Shown one piece after another: positions 28,223 through 37,524 of a DNA stretch of 64,000 nt. Each line of letters opens with the position of its first letter. Within the stretch, counting starts at the first letter, position 1. Source of the DNA: an uncultured delta proteobacterium (GTDB lineage: Bacteria; Myxococcota; Myxococcia; Myxococcales; Myxococcaceae); NCBI GenBank assembly GCA_963776345.1, contig CAVZMH010000016.1, positions 837,093 to 901,092 on the forward strand, read 5' to 3'. The translations under genes were made by a program, and so were the position numbers. The notes under the pieces are model-generated. The model did no database searches. It was not told the DNA's origin and worked only from the letters and a program-made list of their open reading frames with translations.

Positions 28223-29110
28223 CAGGCGCCGCCTCGCCGCCGGTGGAGCCGCAGCAGCCCCGCCAGGAGGCCCAGGACTCCGACCGGCGCGGCGCCACAC
28301 GAGCTGGTGCTGCTGTCGCGTCACGTCCAGGGGCGAGCCGTCGCAGTCCCGGGTCACGCTGCCGGCCGGGTACGCGGTGCAGACGAACTCCAGGCTGCCG
28401 TCGTCGAGCACCCGCTTGGAGGTCTCGCCCCGCTCCGCCCCGGCGAACATGGTGGAGCGCGGGTCCGGCGCGTGGTCGAGGCCGAGGGCGTGCCCCAGCT
28501 CGTGGGTGACGGTGTTCTGCACGTCCGTGGCCACGCAGGTCGGCTCGTCCGGGCCGCTGCAGGGCGGGGAGTCCACGGTGGTGAAGAGGTGGACGGTGGC
28601 GTTCATCTCCAGATCCGCGTCGTACAGCCGTCCGGTCCTCGAGTTGAAGGTGGTGGTGGTGATGGCCAGCGTCCCGGTGGCGAAATCCCAGCAGTCGTGA
28701 ACATTGGCGCAGGTGCCCTGGCCGAGGCAGGGGTCGCCGGAGCGGACGACGTCGGTGCAGAGCCGGGTCCGGAAGAGCAGCACGTTCTCGTTGCTGGCGC
28801 CATTGGTGTGGTCGAACCCGGTGGCGCGGCTGGCGGTCCTCGGGCCCATGCGCAGCGAGAGGTTGCCGCAGGCGTTCATCTGCGTCGCCCAGGTGCCGAG
28901 CGAGCGCTCCATGGCCAGGAAGCCCGCGTCCGCCGTCCCCGGGGCGCCGTCCACGTTCTCCCGGAACTCGACCGGCCCCGCCGGCCAGCCGAGGCAGTGC
29001 CCGCCGTCGGGCGCGTTCCGGTCGGTCCGGCTCCGCACGTAGGGGATGGTCGCGCCGGTGACGAGCGCCGCGGCGGCGACGAGGACGGCCAGCAATCTCA
29101 CTCGCTCCAA
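28222..29110 (-). pseudogene. Matrixin-like (M10) metalloprotease with MYXO-CTERM tail, interrupted by a +1 frameshift near 28318 (or an assembly error)
   Basis: HELGHALGLDH...STM Met-turn; shifted frame 28317-28222 reads DSSTSSCGAAPVGVLGLLAGLLRLHRRRGGA-stop. Confidence 0.8.
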
Positions 29111-29181
29111 CGCGTAGCACGGGTCGGCCGCGGCCGCGTTGACCCCCCCGGGGGAGCGCTGTTAATCCCGCGGGTTCCGTC

Positions 29182-30600
29182 ATGGCCACCCCCCCTCGCG
29201 TCCGGTTCGCTCCCTCGCCCACCGGCTACCTGCACATCGGCGGCGCGCGCACCGCGCTCTTCAACTGGCTGGAGGTCCGCCGCGAGCACGGCCGCTTCGT
29301 GCTGCGGATCGAGGACACCGACCGGGAGCGGTCCACCATCGAGTCGGTGCAGGCCATCCTCGACGGGCTCCGCTGGCTGGGGCTCGACTGGGACGAGGGC
29401 CCCGGGGTGGGCGGGCCGTACGCGCCGTACTTCCAGACCGAGCGGCTGGCGAGCTACCGGGCGGCGGCGGACCGGCTGATCTCCGAGAAGAAGGCGTACC
29501 TCTGCTACTGCACCAAGGAGGAGCTGGAGGAGCGCCGGAAGGTCTTCGAGCGGCAGAAGCGGCCCTACAAGTACGAGGGAACCTGCCGGGACCGGACCGA
29601 GCCCGTGCCGGGGCGGACGGCGGTGGTGCGCTTCCGGATGCCGGACACGGACCAGACGCTGAGCTTCGAGGACCGGGTCATCGGGAAGATCTCCAAGCAG
29701 ACCAGCGACCTGGACGACTTCGTGATGCTCCGGGCGGACGGCATCCCGCTCTACAACTTCGGCGCGGTGGTGGACGACCACGCGATGGACATCACCCTGG
29801 TCATCCGCGGCCAGGAGCACATCAACTCGACCTTTCCGCAGATCCTGGTCTACCGGGCGCTGGGCTGGGAGCCGCCGTCCTTCGCCCACCTGCCGCTGAT
29901 CCTCGGGCCGGACCGCGAGAAGCTGAGCAAGCGCCGGCACCCCGAGGCCGACGTGATGCTGCACAGGCGCAACGGGATCCTCCCCGAGGCGCTGCTCAAC
30001 TTCATCGTGCGGCTGGGGTGGAGCCACGGGAACGACGAGATCATCTCCCGCGCGCAGATGGTGGAGTGGTTCGGGTTCGACCACGTGGGGAGCACCTCCG
30101 GGGTGTGGAACCCCGAGAAGCTGCTCTGGCTCAACCAGCACTACTTGAAGACCCTGCCCGAGGCGGACGTCGCGCGGAGGCTGGTGCCGTTCCTCGCCGA
30201 GCGGGGCGTCTCGGCGGCGGACGAGGCGCGCCTGCCGCGGGTGGTGCTGGCGCTGCGCGAGCGGAGCAAGACCCTGGTGGAGATGGCGGAGCTGGCGCGG
30301 CCCTTCTTCGTCCGTCCGGAGATGGATCCCAAGGCCGCGGCCAAGCACCTGGACGACGCGGGGAAGGCGCTGCTCCGGAAGGCGCGCGAGGCGATCGGCG
30401 CGGTGACGGCCTGGACCGCGTCCGCCCTCGATCCGGTGCTCAAGGCTCTCTCGGAGTCGGCCGGGGTGGGCCTCGGCAAGGTGGCGCAGCCGATCCGGGT
30501 GGCGGTGACCGGGTCGACGATCAGCCCGCCGATCGGCGAGACGCTGGAGCTGCTCGGCAGGGACGAAGCGCTGGCCCGGATCGACGCGGCGCTGCGATAG
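29182..30600 (+). CDS. gltX: Glutamate--tRNA ligase
   Basis: RFAPSPTGYLHIGG, LRIEDTD, KLSKR. Confidence 0.97.
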   Translation: MATPPRVRFAPSPTGYLHIGGARTALFNWLEVRREHGRFVLRIEDTDRERSTIESVQAILDGLRWLGLDWDEGPGVGGPYAPYFQTERLASYRAAADRLISEKKAYLCYCTKEELEERRKVFERQKRPYKYEGTCRDRTEPVPGRTAVVRFRMPDTDQTLSFEDRVIGKISKQTSDLDDFVMLRADGIPLYNFGAVVDDHAMDITLVIRGQEHINSTFPQILVYRALGWEPPSFAHLPLILGPDREKLSKRRHPEADVMLHRRNGILPEALLNFIVRLGWSHGNDEIISRAQMVEWFGFDHVGSTSGVWNPEKLLWLNQHYLKTLPEADVARRLVPFLAERGVSAADEARLPRVVLALRERSKTLVEMAELARPFFVRPEMDPKAAAKHLDDAGKALLRKAREAIGAVTAWTASALDPVLKALSESAGVGLGKVAQPIRVAVTGSTISPPIGETLELLGRDEALARIDAALR

Positions 30601-30624
30601 ACTCGGGAGCTCCCGTGCCTCGTC

Positions 30625-30653
30625 TTGACACCCAAATGCCCGGTTCCTATAAG
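30625..30653 (+). promoter_or_regulatory. Sigma70-type promoter TTGACA-N17-TATAAG
   Basis: Near-consensus -35/-10 boxes with 17-bp spacing upstream of tRNA-Gln; overlaps the first ATG of the next ORF. Confidence 0.55.
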
Positions 30654-31019
30654 CCGCGCTCGGCGTGGGCGGTGGCCATGGCAGTGGTGCTCATGGCGGG
30701 GGTGGCGCGGGCGGAGCTCCTGGACGGCGTGCAGCTGCCGGACAAGGCCACCAAGGTGGGCGAGCGGCGGTACCGGGCTCCGCAGGACTGGGAGGCCACG
30801 CTGAAGTACTTCAAGACGGTCTACCCGACGGCGACGTACCCCCGCCGGTCGATCGTCAACCAGCCGGGCGTGAAGGCGATTCACATCACGAACCCGAGCG
30901 GCAAGGTTTGGTCCGGCCTCAACGTCTACGAGGCCAACGACGAGGTGAGGGTGTACGTCGTCCCGCCGGAGGGTGTCCCGGCGAAGGCGCCGAAGAAGAA
31001 GCCGACACCGAAGAAGTAG
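30636..31019 (+). CDS. Hypothetical exported protein
   Basis: Signal peptide ending VARA; GC3-biased frame; start could be 30672 or 30678. Confidence 0.75.
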   Translation: MPGSYKPRSAWAVAMAVVLMAGVARAELLDGVQLPDKATKVGERRYRAPQDWEATLKYFKTVYPTATYPRRSIVNQPGVKAIHITNPSGKVWSGLNVYEANDEVRVYVVPPEGVPAKAPKKKPTPKK

Positions 31020-31025
31020 CGGTCT

Positions 31026-31096
31026 TGGGGAATCGTCTAACGGCAGGACGCCAGATTCTGGATCTGGCTATCTAGGTTCGAATCCTAGTTCCCCAG
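31026..31096 (+). tRNA. tRNA-Gln (anticodon CTG), CCA not encoded
   Basis: Acceptor TGGGGAA/TTCCCCA, anticodon arm CCAGA-TTCTGGA-TCTGG, T-loop GGTTCGAATCC. Confidence 0.97.
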
Positions 31097-31380
31097 CTGT
31101 TTAAATAAACAAGTCAATCGCTTACAACGTTTGATTCCAGCATGTTGCGCCTATGTTGTGCTGGCTGGTCTCGACCGCATGTCCGGCATCTCTGCGCGTG
31201 GACTGCGGCGGTGTGCAGCATCAGCTCGCGGCTGCGCCTCGACGTGTCGACTCGGCGCGACGGCACCAGGCATCGTAGGAAGTGCCCCGTCAAGTGGTGT
31301 GCGAGCGAGCGCTACGTCATCCAGGAGGTTCAGGCTCCTTGGCCTGATTGGAGATCAGACGCCAGCCGTCCGTGCAGGTG

Positions 31381-31941
31381 TCACAAGCGGGTAACCGCCT
31401 TCTGCACCAGCGCTGCAACCTTCTCCAGCGATACCAGCTCCTCTATGGGGCCAGTCACGTCCACTTCGACGTAGCCCTTGCCGCGGGGAATGCTACAGGT
31501 CGAATGCCCGGCCACGCTGGGCCTCCCGGCCAGGATGCAGATCGCGCTGCCCACGGTCTTTTGCTCCAATCGCGCACCGGTTGTCTTCCACTGTTGCTCT
31601 CTGGCGGTCCCTCCATTGCGCATGCGGATCGCCTCCCCACCATCCATGGGAAGCTTCTTGACGATGATGATGCTGACCGTATGGAAGACGTGCTGGCCCG
31701 GCCCCGAGATCGTCACCGAGCACACGTCCAGGTCCGTGTCCGGAGAATTCACACTTTCGCCGGACGGCTTTGTCGAAGCCTTCCCACCGAGGGCCGATTC
31801 AATCTCAGCGACCTGGAGAAGCTTGCACGCCGAGGATGCTTGTTGAGCGTGCGCGGGGGTGAGACTCGCGAGGGACAGTACGGCGAGGCCGGTCGTCGCT
31901 CGGCGGAGGAACCGCAAAGGTGCAAAGACTGCTCGATCCAT
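31381..31941 (-). CDS. Hypothetical exported protein (DUF3558-like)
   Basis: Signal peptide ending AHA, then ACKLLQVAEIESALG; RBS AGGAAG. Confidence 0.7.
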   Translation of the reverse strand: MDRAVFAPLRFLRRATTGLAVLSLASLTPAHAQQASSACKLLQVAEIESALGGKASTKPSGESVNSPDTDLDVCSVTISGPGQHVFHTVSIIIVKKLPMDGGEAIRMRNGGTAREQQWKTTGARLEQKTVGSAICILAGRPSVAGHSTCSIPRGKGYVEVDVTGPIEELVSLEKVAALVQKAVTRL

Positions 31942-31983
31942 ACCGTCTTCCTTTCCGGAACCGACTGATGTCGTGCCTGCCCT

Positions 31984-34440
31984 TCAGCCCGATGCGAGAA
32001 CGAACCGCTCCCCCTCGAGGGAGACCTTGAGGACGGTGTCCTGGTCCTTCTCTACCCGGATGCCCTGAGAGAGCTCCTGGCCAGGCGCGTGAACCACCAC
32101 CCGGTAGTTGCCGCTCCTCAGCTCCAGACCCAGGACACTGGTCTCGCTGCTTGCAACCACCTGGCCCGACTCGTCGAGGACCTCGAAGGGAACGGCCTGC
32201 AGGGCGGAGAGGATCACCGCCCGGGCCAAGGTATTGCCGTCTTGGGCGGCGTAGAAGCGCCCTCCGGTCGAGCTGGCGAGTCCGTCGAGATCTGCCTGAA
32301 CCTGCTTCCCGGTGAGGGTGAAGCCCACGATGTTGAGCGTGACGTCCACGCCCGAGTTCCGGAGCTTCTCCGCGGCGGCGACGAGGTCGCCGTGGCAGCT
32401 CTCCTCGCCATCGGTGATGAGGATGACCGATCCCCCGCCGACCGCCTTGAGGTCGTCGGGGGAAGCCAGGACCGAGCGCACCAGGGGCGTTTCCCCGCGG
32501 GGTCGCAGCCTTCGCGCGACGTCGAGCAGATGCTTCCGGTCGAGTGGCGACGGAGGGACGACCAGCTCGGTGTCCTCGCACGTCTGGGGAGAGCGGGAGG
32601 CGAAGCGGTGCCCGTAGGTGCGGAGGCCAACCTTGAACTCCGCGGGGAGACTGCGAACGACCTCTTCCAGGACGGAGAGCGCCGTCTTCCAGCGGGTGCT
32701 GTGACCCAGGGCCGACTTCATCGAGCCGGAGGCGTCGAGGATGATCTCCACGTTCCGGGACGCTGGCTTGCGGGCTGACTCGAACAGGACCTGAAGGCCG
32801 CCGGTCCGCTCCGGGCTGTAGGTACCGGCGAGCCCGATCGCCGCCCACATGGTGGGGTCGAAGTTGGTGGGCCGCATGCTCTGGGTATTGATCGCCTTCC
32901 AGGGACCGATCACTCCGGCCCGCCCATCTCGCATCTGGGTCTCGATCAGGTACTGGACTCCGCGTCGGAAGACGCCGGAGTGGGTGCTGGCCCCTGCCTG
33001 CTTCAGGGCATACAGGACCTGGCCGGTGGCGTAGGCGTTGGAGCCCGTCATGGTGGCTCGCTCCTTCCAGCCGCCGTCCTTCCACTGCTCGGCCGCAAGG
33101 TGCTCCAGCTCCGGTCGAATCAGCCGACGCTGCTCCGGGGTGCCGTAGCGCGCCAGCGCCACCACCTTGTACATCCGGTCCTGGGTGGTCTGGGTATCGG
33201 AGGCGGCGATCCAGCCGACGGCTCGATCCGCGGCGCGCCTGAACTTCTCCTCCCCGGTGCGCCGGTGGGCGTCGACCAGGATCGCCGTGACGTTGGCCGT
33301 GCTCTGAAAGTGGCCCTGGATGATGGGAAAGCCCTCGTTGTCGGCGATGTACCACCCCGGCGGGTACTCCTTGGGGAGGAGCCAGCTCACCGCTTGCTGC
33401 AGATTGGAATCCTCGGCCGCGGCCCGACGCTCATCGACAGAGGCGAGGGCCGTCGCGGCGAAGGCGGTGGCGGAAAGGGAGCCGTTGAACCACGACCCGT
33501 CGTACTGACCCCCGTCCAGGCCCTGGTATCCGCGGATCTTCCGCTCCAGGAGCGCGAAGGACTCCTCGTCCACCACGTAGCCATTCTTCAGCCCGATGGC
33601 CTGCCCCAGCAGGACCTGGGCCTGCACATGGCAGCCGAAGCACTTGTTCTTCGCGTCCCAGTCCGGGGCGGCCTGACTCAGCCAGTCGAGCCCGAACTGG
33701 GCCGCCTGCCGCGGGCTGTTCTTCCATCCGGCGATCTCCGGATGACGCTCCTGGAGCGAGGTGTACCCCGGCTGCGCGGCCTCGAAGACCTTCACCTCCG
33801 AGAGGGCGATCCGCTCCGGGCTCCTGCCGGAGAGGATTCGCAGGCGGACGCTCCCGGCCTCGATCGGTGAGAACACCAGCCGCTGCTCCCGCGGCTCGGG
33901 CGCCAGCGATCGAGCCGCGACACGGGCGTGGGTTCCGGCGTCCGCGGGCCCGCGCACCCAGACCTCGACCGCCAGCGGGGCCTCCGACGCCTCGGGCGGG
34001 AGGACGAGGCTGACCGCCGAGACGAGTACAGGGCGTCGCTCGTAGAAGGAGAGGTCGATCTCCACCGGGTAGAGAAGCCCCTCGTCGATCCGCCACACCG
34101 ACTCGGGATCCCCATCATTTAGACACGGGCCGCGGTATCCCGGTCCGTACATCCCGGTGACCCGGTCCACGTGGCCGCCGAGGTCGGCCCGCGCCACGTT
34201 CACCTCGGTGCTGGTGTCGACTGCTGGCTCCTGACCGACCGCCGGAGGAGACGCCGCCGGACGAGCAGCGCCCGCGGGCGAAGCGGCCGCGGGAGACATC
34301 GCCGGCGACGGAGCAGGCTCGGCCGACGCCGGTGGAGAGCGTCGACAGCCAGTGGTCGCGAGCCCGACCGATAGGAGGGCGAGCGCAGCGCCCCGCGTCA
34401 CTCCAGCAAGACCGGGTCCCAATCCAGTCGCGCGGACCAT
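31984..34440 (-). CDS. Lipoprotein: discoidin/F5-8-like domain + squalene-cyclase-like QW barrel (CxxCH) + VWA domain
   Basis: Lipobox-like TTGC; LNDGDPESVW...LSEVKVF; CFGCH, EQWKDGGW, YATGQVLYAL; MIDAS DASGS..TP..ITDGEESC; ATG overlaps upstream TGA. Confidence 0.8.
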   Translation of the reverse strand: MVRATGLGPGLAGVTRGAALALLSVGLATTGCRRSPPASAEPAPSPAMSPAAASPAGAARPAASPPAVGQEPAVDTSTEVNVARADLGGHVDRVTGMYGPGYRGPCLNDGDPESVWRIDEGLLYPVEIDLSFYERRPVLVSAVSLVLPPEASEAPLAVEVWVRGPADAGTHARVAARSLAPEPREQRLVFSPIEAGSVRLRILSGRSPERIALSEVKVFEAAQPGYTSLQERHPEIAGWKNSPRQAAQFGLDWLSQAAPDWDAKNKCFGCHVQAQVLLGQAIGLKNGYVVDEESFALLERKIRGYQGLDGGQYDGSWFNGSLSATAFAATALASVDERRAAAEDSNLQQAVSWLLPKEYPPGWYIADNEGFPIIQGHFQSTANVTAILVDAHRRTGEEKFRRAADRAVGWIAASDTQTTQDRMYKVVALARYGTPEQRRLIRPELEHLAAEQWKDGGWKERATMTGSNAYATGQVLYALKQAGASTHSGVFRRGVQYLIETQMRDGRAGVIGPWKAINTQSMRPTNFDPTMWAAIGLAGTYSPERTGGLQVLFESARKPASRNVEIILDASGSMKSALGHSTRWKTALSVLEEVVRSLPAEFKVGLRTYGHRFASRSPQTCEDTELVVPPSPLDRKHLLDVARRLRPRGETPLVRSVLASPDDLKAVGGGSVILITDGEESCHGDLVAAAEKLRNSGVDVTLNIVGFTLTGKQVQADLDGLASSTGGRFYAAQDGNTLARAVILSALQAVPFEVLDESGQVVASSETSVLGLELRSGNYRVVVHAPGQELSQGIRVEKDQDTVLKVSLEGERFVLASG

Positions 34441-36905
34441 CACTCTTCGCCCGGGGAGTGCTGGGCGAAGATGAGCTCGACCAGCACCTTGAGGCTCGTG
34501 GCCCCGATGAACCCGCCCCAATGATGCGCCGCTCCCATGAAACACATCGCCCCAGCCGCGGCTGAAGCTCCTGCGCCCGCGCCGGAGCCCTCTTCCGCGT
34601 CGTGAATGATGAACGCCCAGGTGATGCAGAAACAGATGAAGCCGCGAACCACCTGCCCGGTGGTGAGGAGATCCTCGGCCCCCTCAGTTCCTCGCCCGTT
34701 CTCGCCCATGCCGACCGTGGTCCCGGTCAGTGGATCGACTCGCCACCACGCCGCGCTCGGTGCGTCCCTCGTGGTCCGCGCACGGGCCACGACCTGGAAG
34801 CCACGCTGAAGATCGTCCTGGATCCGCGATTTCGCCTCGGCCGAGACATCCAGCTGCGCGACCCTGCTCGACTCTCCGGGCCCGAGTCGGACCCACGGAC
34901 GACCGGAGGCCAGATCGAGGGCGTGGAGAGCGGCGGTGTTCGAAAGCTTCCGGGAGCCCGGGAACAGCGCGCGCTCGACGGCGGTGTCGAGCACGCCCTG
35001 CGCGACTCGGCTCGAGAAATCGAAGTCGCTTCCGGTGCGGTTGGTGACGATGTCGAAGCCGACCTGGACCGTCCAGTCGCGTCCCCGTCCTCCCACCGGG
35101 GTGGTCCAGAGAAGCGCGACGTTCGGGGCGGTCGGCGGAGCTGGAGGGAGCGTCGATGCCTGGGCGCGGCTCGACGCCCAGGTCCAGAGCTGAACCGGAA
35201 GCCGCTCGCCGCCGACCAGCCGCGAGCGGTCGGAAAGCGCCCCCGGTGAGGCGAGGAAGCCGGCGGAGTGTTCCAGCCCCTCGGCAGTCTGTCGCGCGGT
35301 CAACCGTGTCAGCCAGTCCGCCGACGGCGTCGACCCGGTGATCACCCCGGCCACCTCGCCGAGCAGCGCCAGTCCCCGCTTCTCCCTGGCCCGATCGTCG
35401 ATCGGCGGCGGGGCGGAGCTCCCCGTGGCTCGCGCCGATGGGTCGACCAGGTCGAACACTGCCCGACGATGCTGCTCGAGTGGACGACCCGGTACCCGCA
35501 CCTCCAACTCGAGCCACTCTGCGGTGATGCGGGTCGGTTCGGCGGATTCATCGGGTGCCTTGGGCGGCCCGGCCGGAGCGGCGCCGCCGAAGGCCTGGGT
35601 GAACCCTGTCGCCATCTTCGCCCCGATCGCGCCGACCGGGCCGGCGCTGAATCCCAACCGGCTCTTCGTCGCCTGGTCGGCCGGCAGCGCCTCACCGCGA
35701 AGCGTGTACAGCCGATCCGTCAAATCCTCGTCCCCGAGGCGAAGGACGGGTTCGATGACCCAGACGCTCCTCAAGGCCTGGAGGTACGCCGCTGCCGGGT
35801 CCGGGCTCGCGACGATCGAATTCATCGGCGGTTCGGGATAGAGGCGATGCCCGAGCGAGAAGCTCTTTCCGAGCAGGTCCGCCACGGCCCAGCTCCGCTC
35901 GAGCACCATGGTATTGGAGACGGCGCCAGCGCGCCGGGCCTCGAAGAGGAGCCGCAGGGTGACTCGATGACGGAGATCATCCGGAATCTGATCCGGAGCG
36001 AGGGTCGTGGTCGCCGTCAGATTTCCGAGCAGCTCCGCGTCAGGGTCCAGGTCTTCCCAGCCCACCCCGACCTGGCGCTGGACCCAGAAATGGTCTGCCA
36101 GCGTCTGCTCCGCCTCGATGGCAAGAGCGGCGTTGGTCCGTTCCGCGGGTCCGAGCGCTGCGGCCAGCGCCGGGAAGACCCTGGTTTGCAGATCCTGGAC
36201 TTCCGCCCTGAATGCCTCCTCTTCGCGGATGACGCGGCGGACTGCCGTGTCGAGCGTGCCCGCTGGGAGAGGAACGCCGGCAAAGGTCCGCAACAGCTCG
36301 GCGGGATCGGATGGAGGCGGAAGACTGGGGAGGGCCTTCCTCGCCGCCAGACCGACACGGAGTGCTCTCGCCTTCTCCAGCGGAAGCGTCGTCCGCGCGA
36401 GCCGGACCACGTGTCCTCTCCGCTTCAGGAGATCGGCGGCGAAGACGGCCCGATCGAGGCTGTTCCCCGCCCGGTCCATGAGAACGCCCGGAGCCCCCCG
36501 GAGAAGACCTCGGTATGCGAGATGGGTCGTGCTCTGGCGCACCCAGCGGAGGATGGCCTCGGGCTCCGGTCCGGTGTGCTGGACGATCAGGTTCGGATCC
36601 TCGTGGTCGCGAGGCGTGTGGTCGACGATCGAATGGGAGACCGTGGCCAGCGCACGGGCCCGGTCAGCCAGTCGAGCGCGCTCGGCAGGATCGGCGTCAC
36701 TCTCCGCCGGTCGGGCGGTGGGTGCCTGGGCAGCCTTCTCTGGCTCCTTCGAGGGTCCGGGTGCGGCCGCGCTGGGAGGGGGGCTTCCAGCTCCCGCCCC
36801 CGGCGAGGCGCTTCGACTCGCACAGCCCCGGCCGCAGCCGAGGAGAACGAGGGCTCCCAGCGTCAGCCACCACGGGGAGGTCACCCGCCGGCGTGTTCTG
36901 CCCAT
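34440..36905 (-). CDS. Large lipoprotein with transglutaminase-like domain and hydrophobic Gly/Ala-rich C-terminal tail
   Basis: Lipobox LLGC; YRGLLRGAPGVL..AGNSLDRA, DHFWVQ, WEDLDP; WWRVDPLTG..G.G motif before the tail. Confidence 0.7.
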   Translation of the reverse strand: MGRTRRRVTSPWWLTLGALVLLGCGRGCASRSASPGAGAGSPPPSAAAPGPSKEPEKAAQAPTARPAESDADPAERARLADRARALATVSHSIVDHTPRDHEDPNLIVQHTGPEPEAILRWVRQSTTHLAYRGLLRGAPGVLMDRAGNSLDRAVFAADLLKRRGHVVRLARTTLPLEKARALRVGLAARKALPSLPPPSDPAELLRTFAGVPLPAGTLDTAVRRVIREEEAFRAEVQDLQTRVFPALAAALGPAERTNAALAIEAEQTLADHFWVQRQVGVGWEDLDPDAELLGNLTATTTLAPDQIPDDLRHRVTLRLLFEARRAGAVSNTMVLERSWAVADLLGKSFSLGHRLYPEPPMNSIVASPDPAAAYLQALRSVWVIEPVLRLGDEDLTDRLYTLRGEALPADQATKSRLGFSAGPVGAIGAKMATGFTQAFGGAAPAGPPKAPDESAEPTRITAEWLELEVRVPGRPLEQHRRAVFDLVDPSARATGSSAPPPIDDRAREKRGLALLGEVAGVITGSTPSADWLTRLTARQTAEGLEHSAGFLASPGALSDRSRLVGGERLPVQLWTWASSRAQASTLPPAPPTAPNVALLWTTPVGGRGRDWTVQVGFDIVTNRTGSDFDFSSRVAQGVLDTAVERALFPGSRKLSNTAALHALDLASGRPWVRLGPGESSRVAQLDVSAEAKSRIQDDLQRGFQVVARARTTRDAPSAAWWRVDPLTGTTVGMGENGRGTEGAEDLLTTGQVVRGFICFCITWAFIIHDAEEGSGAGAGASAAAGAMCFMGAAHHWGGFIGATSLKVLVELIFAQHSPGEE

Positions 36906-36927
36906 GGCATCCCCTCCTTCGAGGGCG

Positions 36928-37524
36928 TCAGATCCGGGAGACCACCATCCTCGCCAGGGCCACTGCCTGTTCGCGAGTGCCGGAGAAGGTGCGGAGATCG
37001 AACGAGACCAGCGACGGGCCCTTGCGAACGTAGAGGAACGCTCCCACCGGCCCGAAGTACGCGCGGTCGCCGAGCCCCGCCACCGGCTCGAGCTTGCCGC
37101 CTGGCGTGCCGCCCCCGGCCGCGGCCATCCCGCTCTTGATGCTCTGCTCGGCCTGGGCGCCGTTCTTCCAGTCCACCTCCAGGCTGACCAGCGGGCTCCG
37201 GATCTGGACCGGCATCCCCATGTTCTTGAGGAAGTTCTCGACGTTGGCCTGGCTCTCCTGGAAGGTCGCCGGCTCGCCCTGACTCATCTTCTTCAGGGTG
37301 GCATTCCGGGTGTCGCCGGTCTTCTTCTGTTGCGCCGCCTCGTCGGCGAACCACTGGCACGAGTCGGTGCCCCGTTCCGTGCGGGCCACCGGGAGGCCGG
37401 TCACCTGGGTGATCTCGGCTGCGGTCAACAACCCGCAAACGTCACGCCCACCGCTCTCCGCGGCGCCCGCGGCGAACCCCAGTGCAACGCCCACGACCAG
37501 CGTGACCCGCTCGCTCGTCTCCAT
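36928..37524 (-). CDS. Hypothetical exported protein (DUF3558-like), paralogue of 31381..31941
   Basis: Signal-like N-terminus, DVCGLLTAAEITQVTG, CQW, VAGLGDRAYF. Confidence 0.72.
   Translation of the reverse strand: METSERVTLVVGVALGFAAGAAESGGRDVCGLLTAAEITQVTGLPVARTERGTDSCQWFADEAAQQKKTGDTRNATLKKMSQGEPATFQESQANVENFLKNMGMPVQIRSPLVSLEVDWKNGAQAEQSIKSGMAAAGGGTPGGKLEPVAGLGDRAYFGPVGAFLYVRKGPSLVSFDLRTFSGTREQAVALARMVVSRI

Noticed and set aside
27506..29110. Genuine metalloprotease-HAD fusion protein
   Set aside because: Explained by a single-base frameshift hiding a MYXO-CTERM tail and a TGATG overlap
25728..29222. 1164-aa giant TldD fusion
   Set aside because: The N-terminal half is an off-frame reading of the protease and HAD genes; the real TldD starts at 27446
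31278..31302. GGAAGTGCCCCGTCAAGTGGTGTGC as an IS terminal remnant
   Set aside because: Resembles an IS end, but no partner repeat or transposase fragment could be identified
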